From NCBI GenBank assembly GCA_964057225.1, contig OZ059894.1, positions 20,274,001 to 20,338,000 on the forward strand: 64,000 nucleotides of DNA. Direction: 5' to 3'. This document shows positions 50,801 through 64,000 of the stretch, piece after piece. Numbering within the stretch: the first letter of the stretch is position 1; each line of letters starts with the position of its first letter. Below the pieces are notes generated by a model that was not told where the DNA came from, ran no database searches, and saw only the letters and a list, made by a program, of their open reading frames with translations. The position numbers and the translations under genes were made by a program. The stretch comes from Auanema rhodensis (lineage: Eukaryota; Animalia; Nematoda).

Positions 50801-53800
50801 AAGGCAAAGACGATGGACAATGTTATTCAACGAAAAAATTAATTCTTCAGGGTGAAAATCGAGGATATAAGTGTGAACTTATATCAGTTGCTATCTCGGT
50901 GCATTTTTAAGCTAGCGCAAATCTGATAACACAGATCGACGCAGCTTAAAAATCCGCATCGAATGCACTATACTACATTGAGAAACGCTTAATACAAAAA
51001 TTAGTTATGATCGTTTGAAAAATGATGCATTAGTGTATGTTGAGTTTCCATGTACACTCAACATTGCTTCCAAAAACATTTTGACAAAAATTTTTTCGAA
51101 AAATTTCAAAATAATTTAGCAAAAAGTAGATGTTTTTAGATTCCTTTTTTCAAGGCAAAGACGATGGACAAGGTTATTCAACGAAAAAATTAATTCTTGA
51201 GGGTGAAAATCGAGGATATAAGTGTGAACTTATATCAGTTGATATCTCGGTGCATTTTTAAGCTAGCGCAAATCTGATAACACAGATCGACGCAGCTTAA
51301 AAATCCGCATCGAATGCACTATACTACATTGAGAATCGCTTAATACAAAAATTAGTTATGATCGTTTGAAAAATGATGCATTAGTGTATGTTGAGTTTCC
51401 ATGTACACTCAACATTGCTTCCAAAAACATTTTGACAAAAATTTTTTCGAAAAATTTCAAAATAATTTAGCAAAAAGTAGATGTTTTTAGATTCCTTTTT
51501 TCAAGGCAAAGACGATGGACAATGTTATTCAACGAAAAAATTAATTCTTGAGGGTGAAAATCGAGGATATAAGTGTGAACTTATATCAGTTGATATCTCG
51601 GTGCATTTTTAAGCTAGCGCAAATCTGATAACACAGATCGACGCAGCTTAAAAATCCGCATCGAATGCACTATACTACATTGAGAAACGCTTAATACAAA
51701 AATTAGTTATGATCGTTTGAAAAATGATGCATTAGTGTATGTTGAGTTTCCATGTACACTCAACATTGCTTCCAAAAACATTTTGACAAAAATTTTTTCG
51801 AAAAATTTCAAAATAATTTAGCAAAAAGTAGATGTTTTTAGATTCCTTTTTTCAAGGCAAAGACGATGGACAATGTTATTCAACGAAAAAATTAATTCTT
51901 GAGGGTGCAAATCGAGGATATAAGTGTGAACTTATATCAGTTGATATCTCGGTGCATTTTTAAGCTAGCGCAAATCTGATAACACAGATCGACGCAGCTT
52001 AAAAATCCGCATCGAATGCACTATACTACATTGAGAAACGCTTAATACAAAAATTAGTTATGATCGTTTGAAAAATGATGCATTAGTGTATGTTGAGTTT
52101 CCATGTACACTCAACATTGCTTCCAAAAACATTTTGACAAAAATTTTTTCGAAAAATTTCAAAATAATTTAGCAAAAAGTAGATGTTTTTAGATTCCTTT
52201 TTTCAAGGCAAAGACGATGGACAATGTTATTCAACGAAAAAATTGATTCTTCAGGGTGAAAATCGAGGATATAAGTGTGAACTTATATCAGTTGATATCT
52301 CGGTGCATTTTTAAGCTAGCGCAAATCTGATAACACAGATCGACGCAGCTTAAAAATTCGCATCAAATGCACTATACTACATTGAGAAACGCTTAATACA
52401 AAAATTAGTTATAATCGTTTGAAAAATGATGCATTAGTGTATGTTGAGTTTCCATGTACACTCAACATTGCTTCCAAAAACATTTTGACAAAAATTTTTT
52501 CGAAAAATTTCAGAATAATTTAGCGAAAAGTAGCTGTTTTTAGATTCCTTTTTTCAAGGCAAAGACGATGGACAAGGTTATTCAACGAAAAAATTAATTC
52601 TTGAGGGTGAAAATCGAGGATATAAGTGTGAACTTATATCAGTTGATATCTCGGTGCATTTTTAAGCTAGCGCAAATCTGATAACACAGATCGACGCAGC
52701 TTAAAAATCCGCATCGAATGCACTATACTACATTGAGAAACGCTTAATACAAAAATTAGTTATGATCGTTTGAAAAATGATGCATTAGTGTATGTTGAGT
52801 TTCCATGTACACTCAACATTGCTTCCAAAAACATTTTGACAAAAATTTTTTCGAAAAATTTCAAAATAATTTAGCAAAAAGTAGATGTTTTTAGATTCCT
52901 TTTTTCAAGGCAAAGACGATGGACAATGTTATTCAACGAAAAAATTGATTCTTCAGGGTGAAAATCGAGGATATAAGTGTGAACTTATATCAGTTGATAT
53001 CTCGGTGCATTTTTAAGCTAGCGCAAATCTGATAACACAGATCGACGCAGCTTAAAAATTCGCATCAAATGCACTATACTACATTGAGAAACGCTTAATA
53101 CAAAAATTAGTTATAATCGTTTGAAAAATGATGCATTAGTGTATGTTGAGTTTCCATGTACACTCAACATTGCTTCCAAAAACATTTTGACAAAAATTTT
53201 TTCGAAAAATTTCAGAATAATTTAGCGAAAAGTAGCTGTTTTTAGATTCCTTTTTTCAAGGCAAAGACGATGGACAAGGTTATTCAACGAAAAAATTAAT
53301 TCTTGAGGGTGAAAATCGAGGATATAAGTGTGAACTTATATCAGTTGATATCTCGGTGCATTTTTAAGCTAGCGCAAATCTGATAACACAGATCGACGCA
53401 GCTTAAAAATCCGCATCGAATGCACTATACTACATTGAGAATCGCTTAATACAAAAATTAGTTATGATCGTTTGAAAAATGATGCATTAGTGTATGTTGA
53501 GTTTCCATGTACACTCAACATTGCTTCCAAAAACATTTTGACAAAAATTTTTTCGAAAAATTTCAAAATAATTTAGCAAAAAGTAGATGTTTTTAGATTC
53601 CTTTTTTCAAGGCAAAGACGATGGACAATGTTATTCAACGAAAAAATTAATTCTTGAGGGTGAAAATCGAGGATATAAGTGTGAACTTATATCAGTTGAT
53701 ATCTCGGTGCATTTTTAAGCTAGCGCAAATCTGATAACACAGATCGACGCAGCTTAAAAATCCGCATCGAATGCACTATACTACATTGAGAAACGCTTAA

Positions 53801-56800
53801 TACAAAAATTAGTTATGATCGTTTGAAAAATGATGCATTAGTGTATGTTGAGTTTCCATGTACACTCAACATTGCTTCCAAAAACATTTTGACAAAAATT
53901 TTTTCGAAAAATTTCAAAATAATTTAGCAAAAAGTAGATGTTTTTAGATTCCTTTTTTCAAGGCAAAGACGATGGACAATGTTATTCAACGAAAAAATTA
54001 ATTCTTGAGGGTGAAAATCGAGGATATAAGTGTGAACTTATATCAGTTGATATCTCGGTGCATTTTTAAGCTAGCGCAAATCTGATAACACAGATCGACG
54101 CAGCTTAAAAATCCGCATCGAATGCACTATACTACATTGAGAAACGCTTCATACAAAAATTAGTTATGATCGTTTGAAAAATGATGCATTAGTGTATGTT
54201 GAGTTTCCATGTACACTCAACATTGCTTCCAAAAACATTTTGACAAAAATTTTTTCGAAAAATTTCAAAATAATTTAGCAAAAAGTAGATGTTTTTAGAT
54301 TCCTTTTTTCAAGGCAAAGACGATGGACAATGTTATTCAACGAAAAAATTGATTCTTCAGGGTGAAAATCGAGGATATAAGTGTGAACTTATATCAGTTG
54401 ATATCTCGATGCATTTTTAAGCTAGCGCAAATCTGATAACACAGATCGACGCAGCTTAAAAATCCGCATCGAATGCACTATACTACATTGAGAAACGCTT
54501 AATACAAAAATTAGTTATGATCGTTTGAAAAATGATGCATTAGTGTATGTTGAGTTTCCATGTACACTCAACATTGCTTCCAAAAACATTTTGACAAAAA
54601 TTTTTTCGAAAAATTTCAAAATAATTTAGCAAAAAGTAGATGTTTTTAGATTCCTTTTTTCAAGGCAAAGACGATGGACAATGTTATTCAACGAAAAAAT
54701 TAATTCTTGAGGGTGCAAATCGAGGATATAAGTGTGAACTTATATCAGTTGATATCTCGGTGCATTTTTAAGCTAGCGCAAATCTGATAACACAGATCGA
54801 CGCAGCTTAAAAATCCGCATCGAATGCACTATACTACATTGAGAAACGCTTAATACAAAAATTAGTTATGATCGTTTGAAAAATGATGCATTAGTGTATG
54901 TTGAGTTTCCATGTACACTCAACATTGCTTCCAAAAACATTTTGACAAAAATTTTTTCGAAAAATTTCAAAATAATTTAGCAAAAAGTAGATGTTTTTAG
55001 ATTCCTTTTTTCAAGGCAAAGACGATGGACAATGTTATTCAACGAAAAAATTGATTCTTCAGGGTGAAAATCGAGGATATAAGTGTGAACTTATATCAGT
55101 TGATATCTCGGTGCATTTTTAAGCTAGCGCAAATCTGATAACACAGATCGACGCAGCTTAAAAATTCGCATCAAATGCACTATACTACATTGAGAAACGC
55201 TTAATACAAAAATTAGTTATAATCGTTTGAAAAATGATGCATTAGTGTATGTTGAGTTTCCATGTACACTCAACATTGCTTCCAAAAACATTTTGACAAA
55301 AATTTTTTCGAAAAATTTCAAAATAATTTAGCAAAAAGTAGATGTTTTTAGATTCCTTTTTTCAAGGCAAAGACGATGGACAATGTTATTCAACGAAAAA
55401 ATTAATTCTTGAGGGTGAAAATCGAGGATATAAGTGTGAACTTATATCAGTTGATATCTCGGTGCATTTTTAAGCTAGCGCAAATCTGATAACACAGATC
55501 GACGCAGCTTAAAAATCCGCATCGAATGCACTATACTACATTGAGAAACGCTTCATACAAAAATTAGTTATGATCGTTTGAAAAATGATGCATTAGTGTA
55601 TGTTGAGTTTCCATGTACACTCAACATTGCTTCCAAAAACATTTTGACAAAAATTTTTTCGAAAAATTTCAAAATAATTTAGCAAAAAGTAGATGTTTTT
55701 AGATTCCTTTTTTCAAGGCAAAGACGATGGACAAGGTTATTCAACGAAAAAATTAATTCTTGAGGGTGAAAATCGAGGATATAAGTGTGAACTTATATCA
55801 GTTGATATCTCGGTGCATTTTTAAGCTAGCGCAAATCTGATAACACAGATCGACGCAGCTTAAAAATCCGCATCGAATGCACTATACTACATTGAGAATC
55901 GCTTAATACAAAAATTAGTTATGATCGTTTGAAAAATGATGCATTAGTGTATGTTGAGTTTCCATGTACACTCAACATTGCTTCCAAAAACATTTTGACA
56001 AAAATTTTTTCGAAAAATTTCAAAATAATTTAGCAAAAAGTAGATGTTTTTAGATTCCTTTTTTCAAGGCAAAGACGATGGACAATGTTATTCAACGAAA
56101 AAATTAATTCTTGAGGGTGAAAATCGAGGATATAAGTGTGAACTTATATCAGTTGATATCTCGGTGCATTTTTAAGCTAGCGCAAATCTGATAACACAGA
56201 TCGACGCAGCTTAAAAATCCGCATCGAATGCACTATACTACATTGAGAAACGCTTAATACAAAAATTAGTTATGATCGTTTGAAAAATGATGCATTAGTG
56301 TATGTTGAGTTTCCATGTACACTCAACATTGCTTCCAAAAACATTTTGACAAAAATTTTTTCGAAAAATTTCAAAATAATTTAGCAAAAAGTAGATGTTT
56401 TTAGATTCCTTTTTTCAAGGCAAAGACGATGGACAATGTTATTCAACGAAAAAATTAATTCTTGAGGGTGAAAATCGAGGATATAAGTGTGAACTTATAT
56501 CAGTTGATATCTCGGTGCATTTTTAAGCTAGCGCAAATCTGATAACACAGATCGACGCAGCTTAAAAATCCGCATCGAATGCACTATACTACATTGAGAA
56601 ACGCTTCATACAAAAATTAGTTATGATCGTTTGAAAAATGATGCATTAGTGTATGTTGAGTTTCCATGTACACTCAACATTGCTTCCAAAAACATTTTGA
56701 CAAAAATTTTTTCGAAAAATTTCAAAATAATTTAGCAAAAAGTAGATGTTTTTAGATTCCTTTTTTCAAGGCAAAGACGATGGACAATGTTATTCAACGA

Positions 56801-59800
56801 AAAAATTGATTCTTCAGGGTGAAAATCGAGGATATAAGTGTGAACTTATATCAGTTGATATCTCGATGCATTTTTAAGCTAGCGCAAATCTGATAACACA
56901 GATCGACGCAGCTTAAAAATCCGCATCGAATGCACTATACTACATTGAGAAACGCTTGATACAAAAATTAGTTATGATCGTTTGGAAAATGATGCATTAG
57001 TGTATGTTGAGTTTCCATGTACACTCAACATTGCTTCCAAAAACATTTTGACAAAAATTTTTTCGAAAAATTTCAAAATAAATTAGCAAAAAGTAGATGT
57101 TTTTAGATTCCTTTTTTCAAGGCAAAGATGATGGACAATGTTATTCAACAAAAAAATTAATTCTTCAGAGTGAAAATCGAGGATATAAGTGTGAACTTAC
57201 ATCAGTTGATATCTCGGTGCATTTTTAAGCTAGCGCAAATCTGATAACACCGATCGACGCAGCTTAAAAATCCGCATCGAATGCACTATACTACATTGAG
57301 AAACGCTTAATACAAAAATTAGTTATGATCGTTTGAAAAATGATGCATTAGTGTATGTTGAGTTTCCATGTACACTCAACATTGCTTCCAAAAACATTTT
57401 GACAAAAAGTTTTTCGAAAAATTTCAGAATAATTTAGCAAAAAGTAGATGTTTTTAGATTCCTTTTTTCAAGGCAAAGACGATGGACAATGTTATTCAAC
57501 GAAAAAATTAATTCTTCAGGGTGAAAATCGAGGATATAAGTGTGAACTTATATCAGTTGATATCTCGGTGCATTTTTAAGCTAGCGCAAATCTGATAACA
57601 CAGATCGACGCAGCTTAAAAATTCGCATCAAATGCACTATACTACATTGAGAAACGCTTAATACAAAAATTAGTTATAATCGTTTGAAAAATGATGCATT
57701 AGTGTATGTTGAGTTTCCATGTACACTCAACATTGCTTCCAAAAACATTTTGACAAAAATTTTTTCGAAAAATTTCAGAATAATTTAGCGAAAAGTAGCT
57801 GTTTTTAGATTCCTTTTTTCAAGGCAAAGACGATGGACAATGTTATTCAACGAAAAAATTAATTCTTCAGGGTGAAAATCGAGGATATAAGTGTGAACTT
57901 ATATCAGTTGCTATCTCGGTGCATTTTTAAGCTAGCGCAAATCTGATAACACAGATCGACGCAGCTTAAAAATCCGCATCGAATGCACTATACTACATTG
58001 AGAAACGCTTAATACAAAAATTAGTTATGATCGTTTGAAAAATGATGCATTAGTGTATGTTGAGTTTCCATGTACACTCAACATTGCTTCCAAAAACATT
58101 TTGACAAAAATTTTTTCGAAAAATTTCAAAATAAATTAGCAAAAAGTAGATGTTTTTAGATTCCTTTTTTCAAGGCAAAGACGATGGACAATGTTATTCA
58201 ACGAAAAAATTAATTCTTCAGGGTGAAAATCGAGGATATAAGTGTGAACTTATATCAGTTGCTATCTCGGTGCATTTTTAAGCTAGCGCAAATCTGATAA
58301 CACAGATCGACGCAGCTTAAAAATCCGCATCGAATGCACTATACTACATTGAGAAACGCTTAATACAAAAATTAGTTATGATCGTTTGAAAAATGATGCA
58401 TTAGTGTATGTTGAGTTTCCATGTACACTCAACATTGCTTCCAAAAACATTTTGACAAAAATTTTTTCGAAAAATTTCAAGATAAATTAGCAAAAAGTAG
58501 ATGTTTTTAGATTCCTTTTTTCAAGGCAAAGACGATGGAAAATGTTATTCAACGAAAAAATTAATTCTTCAGGGTGAAAATCGAGGATATAAGTGTGAAC
58601 TTATATCAGTTGATATCTCGGTGCATTTTTAAGCTAGCGCAAATCTGATAACACAGATCGACGCAGCTTAAAAATCCGCATCGAATGCACTATACTACAT
58701 TGAGAAACGCTTAATACAAAAATTAGTTATGATCGTTTAAAAAATGATGCATTAGTGTATGTTGAGTTTCCATGTACACTCAACATTGCTTCCAAAAACA
58801 TTTTGACAAAAATTTTTTCGAAAAATTTCAAAATAATTTAGCAAAAAGTAGATGTTTTTAGATTCCTTTTTTCAAGGCAAAGACGATGGACAATGTTATT
58901 CAACGAAAAAATTGATTCTTCAGGGTGAAAATCGAGGATATAAGTGTGAACTTATATCAGTTGATATCTCGATGCATTTTTAAGCTAGCGCAAATCTGAT
59001 AACACAGATCGACGCAGCTTAAAAATCCGCATCGAATGCACTATACTACATTGAGAAACGCTTGATACAAAAATTAGTTATGATCGTTTGGAAAATGATG
59101 CATTAGTGTATGTTGAGTTTCCATGTACACTCAACATTGCTTCCAAAAACATTTTGACAAAAATTTTTTCGAAAAATTTCAAAATAAATTAGCAAAAAGT
59201 AGATGTTTTTAGATTCCTTTTTTCAAGGCAAAGATGATGGACAATGTTATTCAACAAAAAAATTAATTCTTCAGAGTGAAAATCGAGGATATAAGTGTGA
59301 ACTTACATCAGTTGATATCTCGGTGCATTTTTAAGCTAGCGCAAATCTGATAACACAGATCGACGCAGCTTAAAAATCCGCATCGAATGCACTATACTAC
59401 ATTGAGAAACGCTTAATACAAAAATTAGTTATGATCGTTTGAAAAATGATGCATTAGTGTATGTTGAGTTTCCATGTACACTCAACATTGCTTCCAAAAA
59501 CATTTTGACAAAAAGTTTTTCGAAAAATTTCAAAATAATTTAGCAAAAAGTAGATGTTTTTAGATTCCTTTTTTCAAGGCAAAGACGATGGACAATGTTA
59601 TTCAACGAAAAAATTAATTCTTCAGGGTGAAAATCGAGGATATAAGTGTGAACTTATATCAGTTGATATCTCGGTGCATTTTTAAGCTAGCGCAAATCTG
59701 ATAACACAGATCGACGCAGCTTAAAAATTCGCATCGAATGCACTATACTACATTGAGAAACGCTTAATACAAAAATTAGTTATAATCGTTTGAAAAATGA

Positions 59801-61757
59801 TGCATTAGTGTATGTTGAGTTTCCATGTACACTCAACATTGCTTCCAAAAACATTTTGACAAAAATTTTTTCGAAAAATTTTAGAATAATTTAGCGAAAA
59901 GTAGCTGTTTTTAGATTCCTTTTTTCAAGGCAAAGACGATGGACAATGTTATTCAACGAAAAAATTAATTCTTCAGGGTGAAAATCGAGGATATAAGTGT
60001 GAACTTATATCAGTTGCTATCTCGGTGCATTTTTAAGCTAGCGCAAATCTGATAACACAGATCGACGCAGCTTAAAAATCCGCATCGAATGCACTATACT
60101 ACATTGAGAAACGCTTAATACAAAAATTAGTTATGATCGTTTGAAAAATGATGCATTAGTGTATGTTGAGTTTCCATGTACACTCAACATTGCTTCCAAA
60201 AACATTTTGACAAAAATTTTTTCGAAAAATTTCAAAATAAATTAGCAAAAAGTAGATGTTTTTAGATTCCTTTTTTCAAGGCAAAGACGATGGACAATGT
60301 TATTCAACGAAAAAATTAATTCTTCAGGGTGAAAATCGAGGATATAAGTGTGAACTTATATCAGTTGATATCTCGGTGCATTTTTAAGCTAGCGCAAATC
60401 TGATAACACAGATCGACGCAGCTTAAAAATCCGCATCGAATGCACTATACTACATTGAGAAACGCTTAATACAAAAATTAGTTATGATCGTTTAAAAAAT
60501 GATGCATTAGTGTATGTTGAGTTTCCATGTACACTCAACATTGCTTCCAAAAACATTTTGACAAAAATTTTTTCGAAAAATTTCAAAATAAATTAGCAAA
60601 AAGTAGATGTTTTTAGATTCCTTTTTTCAAGGCAAAGACGATGGACAATGTTATTCAACGAAAAAATTAATTCTTCAGGGTGAAAATCGAGGATATAAGT
60701 GTGAACTTATATCAGTTGATATCTCGGTGCATTTTTAAGCTAGCGCAAATCTGATAACACAGATCGACGCAGCTTAAAAATTCGCATCGAATGCACTATA
60801 CTACATTGAGAAACGCTTAATACAAAAATTAGTTATAATCGTTTGAAAAATGATGCATTAGTGTATGTTGAGTTTCCATGTACACTCAACATTGCTTCCA
60901 AAAACATTTTGACAAAAATTTTTTCGAAAAATTTCAAAATAAATTAGCAAAAAGTAGATGTTTTTAGATTCCTTTTTTCAAGGCAAAGACGATGGACAAT
61001 GTTATTCAACGAAAAAATTAATTCTTCAGGGTGAAAATCGAGGATATAAGTGTGAACTTATATCAGTTGATATCTCGGTGCATTTTTAAGCTAGCGCAAA
61101 TCTGATAACACAGATCGACGCAGCTTACAAATCCGCATCGAATGCACTATACTACATTGAGAAACGCTCAATACAAAAATTAGTTATGATCGTTTGAAAA
61201 ATGATGCATTAGTGTATGTTGAGTTTCCATGTACACTCAACATTGCTTCCAAAAACATTTTGACAAAAATTTTTTCGAAAAATTTCAAAATAAATTAGCA
61301 AAAAGTAGATGTTTTTAGATTCCTTTTTTCAAGGCAAAGACGATGGACAATGTTATTCAACGAAAAAATTAATTCTTCAGGGTGAAAATCGAGGATATAA
61401 GTGTGAACTTATATCAGTTGATATCTCGGTGCATTTTTAAGCTAGCGCAAATCTGATAACACAGATCGACGCAGCTTAAAAATCCGCATCGAATGCACTA
61501 TACTACATTGAGAAACGCTTAATACAAAAATTAGTTATGATCGTTTAAAAAATGATGCATTAGTGTATGTTGAGTTTCCATGTACACTCAACATTGCTTC
61601 CAAAAACATTTTGACAAAAATTTTTTCGAAAAATTTCAAAATAATTTAGCAAAAAGTAGATGTTTTTAGATTCCTTTTTTCAAGGCAAAGACGATGGACA
61701 ATGTTATTCAACGAAAAAATTGATTCTTCAGGGTGAAAATCGAGGATATAAGTGTGA

Positions 61758-64000
61758 ACTTATATCAGTTGATATCTCGATGCATTTTTAAGCTAGCGCA
61801 AATCTGATAACACAGATCGACGCAGCTTAAAAATCCGCATCGAATGCACTATACTACATTGAGAAACGCTTAATACAAAAATTAGTTATGATCGTTTGGA
61901 AAATGATGCATTAGTGTATGTTGAGTTTCCATGTACACTCAACATTGCTTCCAAAAACATTTTGACAAAAATTTTTTCGAAAAATTTCAAAATAAATTAG
62001 CAAAAAATAGATGTTTTTAGATTCCTTTTTTCAAGGCAAAGACGATGGACAATGTTATTCAACAAAAAAATTAATTCTTCAGGGTGAAAATCGAGGATAT
62101 AAGTGTGAACTTATATCAGTTGATATCTCGGTGCATTTTTAAGCTAGCGCAAATCTGATAACACAGATCGACGCAGCTTAAAAATCCGCATCGAATGCAC
62201 TATACTACATTGAGAAACGCTTAATACAAAAATAAGTTATAATCGTTTGAAAAATGATGCATTAGTGTATGTTGAGTTTCCATGTACACTCAACATTGCT
62301 TCCAAAAACATTTTGACAAAAATTTTTTCGAAAAATTTCAAAATAAATTAGCAAAAAGTAGATGTTTTTAGATTCCTTTTTCCAAGGCAAAGACGATGGA
62401 CAATGTTATTCAACGAAAAAATTAATTCTTCAGAGTGAAAATCGAGGATATAAGTGTGAACTTATATCAGTTGATATCTCGATGCATTTTTAAGCTAGCG
62501 CAAATCTGATAACACAGATCGACGCAGCTTAAAAATCCGCATCGAATGCACTATACTACATTGAAAAACGCTTAATACAAAAATTAGTTATGATCGTTTG
62601 GAAAATGATGCATTAGTGTATGTTGAGTTTCCATGTACACTCAACATTGCTTCCAAAAACATTTTGACAAAAATTTTTTCGAAAAATTTCAAAATAAATT
62701 AGCGAAAAACAGATGTTTTTAGATTCCTTTTTTCAAGGCAAAGATGATGGACAATGTTATTCAACGAAAAAATTAATTCTTCAGGGTGAAAATCGAGGAT
62801 ATAAGTGTGAACTTATATCAGTTGATATCTCGGTGCATTTTTAAGCTAGCGCAAATCTGATAACACAGATCGACGCAGCTTAAAAATCCGCATCGAATGC
62901 ACTATACTACATTGAGAAACGCTTAATACAAAAATAAGTTATGATCGTTTGAAAAATGATGCATTAGTGTATGTTGAGTTTCCATGTACACTCAACATTG
63001 CTTCCAAAAACATTTTGACAAAAATTTTTTCGAAAAATTTCAAAATAAATTAGCAAAAAGTAGATGTTTTTAGATTCCTTTTTCCAAGGCAAAGACGATG
63101 GACAATGTTATTCAACGAAAAAATTAATTCTTCAGGGTGAAAATCGAGGATATAAGTGTGAACTTATATCAGTTGATATCTCGATGCATTTTTAAGCTAG
63201 CGCAAATCTGATAACACAGATCGACGCAGCTTAAAAATCCGCATCGAATGCACTATACTACATTGAGAAACGCTTAATACAAAAATTAGTTATGATCGTT
63301 TGGAAAATGATGCATTAGTGTATGTTGAGTTTCCATGTACACTCAACATTGCTTCCAAAAACATTTTGACAAAAATTTTTTCGAAAAATTTCAAAATAAA
63401 TTAGCAAAAAATAGATGTTTTTAGATTCCTTTTTTCAAGGCAAAGACGATGGACAATGTTATTCAACGAAAAAATTAATTCTTCAGGGTGAAAATCGAGG
63501 ATATAAGTGTGAACTTATATCAGTTGATATCTCGGTGCATTTTTAAGCTAGCGCAAATCTGATAACACAGATCGACGCAGCTTAAAAATCCGCATCGAAT
63601 GCACTATACTACATTGAGAAACGCTTAATACAAAAATAAGTTATGATCGTTTGAAAAATGATGCATTAGTGTATGTTGAGTTTCCATGTACACTCAACAT
63701 TGCTTCCAAAAACATTTTGACAAAAATGTTTTCGAAAAATTTCAAAATAAATTAGCAAAAAGTAGATGTTTTTAGATTCCTTTTTCCAAGGCAAAGACGA
63801 TGGACAATGTTATTCAACGAAAAAATTAATTCTTCAGGGTGAAAATCGAGGATATAAGTGTGAACTTATATCAGTTGATATCTCGATGCATTTTTAAGCT
63901 AGCGCCAATCTGATAACACAGATCGACGCAGCTTAAAAATCCGCATCGAATGCACTATACTACATTGAGAAACGCTTAATACAAAAATAAGTTATGATCG
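61758..64000. repeat. Diverged alternating-dimer sub-array (m177-183)
   Basis: Copies with TCGATGC+TTGGAAA (61758, 62460, 63162) alternate with copies carrying AAATAAGTT+TTCCAAGG (62109, 62811, 63513). Confidence 0.8.

Larger units (their letters stand above)
1..64000. repeat. Tandem satellite DNA array, 351-bp monomer, 182 full copies plus 137 bp, single orientation
   Basis: ACTTATATCAGTTGATATC recurs at 1, 352, 703 ... 7021, 14041 (exact 351 period). Phase shifts only at seven indels: -9 at 16584/16585; -3 at about 21910, 24013, 25063 and 29273; +1 at 27345; +1 at about 38821. Net -19 correctly predicts the last monomer start at 63864. Monomers differ from consensus at only a few sites each. 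The array runs off both window ends. Confidence 0.99.

Noticed and set aside
1-64000. Giant repetitive protein gene (351 = 117 codons; some indels are multiples of 3)
   Set aside because: The ORF track shows no frame open across a monomer in the standard code. One minus-strand frame lacks TGA in the consensus and would be open under a TAA/TAG=Gln code, but this is plausible by chance. Variants 115C and 241C and the two +1 indels break it.
1-64000. CRISPR array
   Set aside because: There are no unique spacers. The entire 351-bp unit repeats, and no cas genes are present.

Overview
The whole 64-kb window is one uninterrupted head-to-tail tandem satellite array: 182 complete copies plus a 137-bp partial copy of a 351-bp AT-rich monomer (about 31% GC by hand count). 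All copies share one orientation, and there are no insertions, inversions, genes, RNA genes or CRISPR spacers. I do not recognise the family. It looks like eukaryotic, probably invertebrate, (peri)centromeric or heterochromatic satellite DNA, but that is inference. The four listed 63-aa ORFs are by-products of one TAG>CAG substitution. The interesting signal lies in the variant pattern: (1) the monomer carries several inverted repeats, and some variants perfect them, including one exact compensatory pair and one 3-base templated conversion; (2) a ~42-bp hairpin box is almost invariant; (3) the array has three variant-defined layers and many local 2-, 3-, 4-, 5- and 7-monomer higher-order duplications plus a ~12-kb-offset duplication, two with breakpoints mappable to 30-50 bp. 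Monomer positions (pos) count from the ACTTATATC at window base 1. Monomers are numbered m1..m183. All variant calls were made by eye and need confirmation by alignment.
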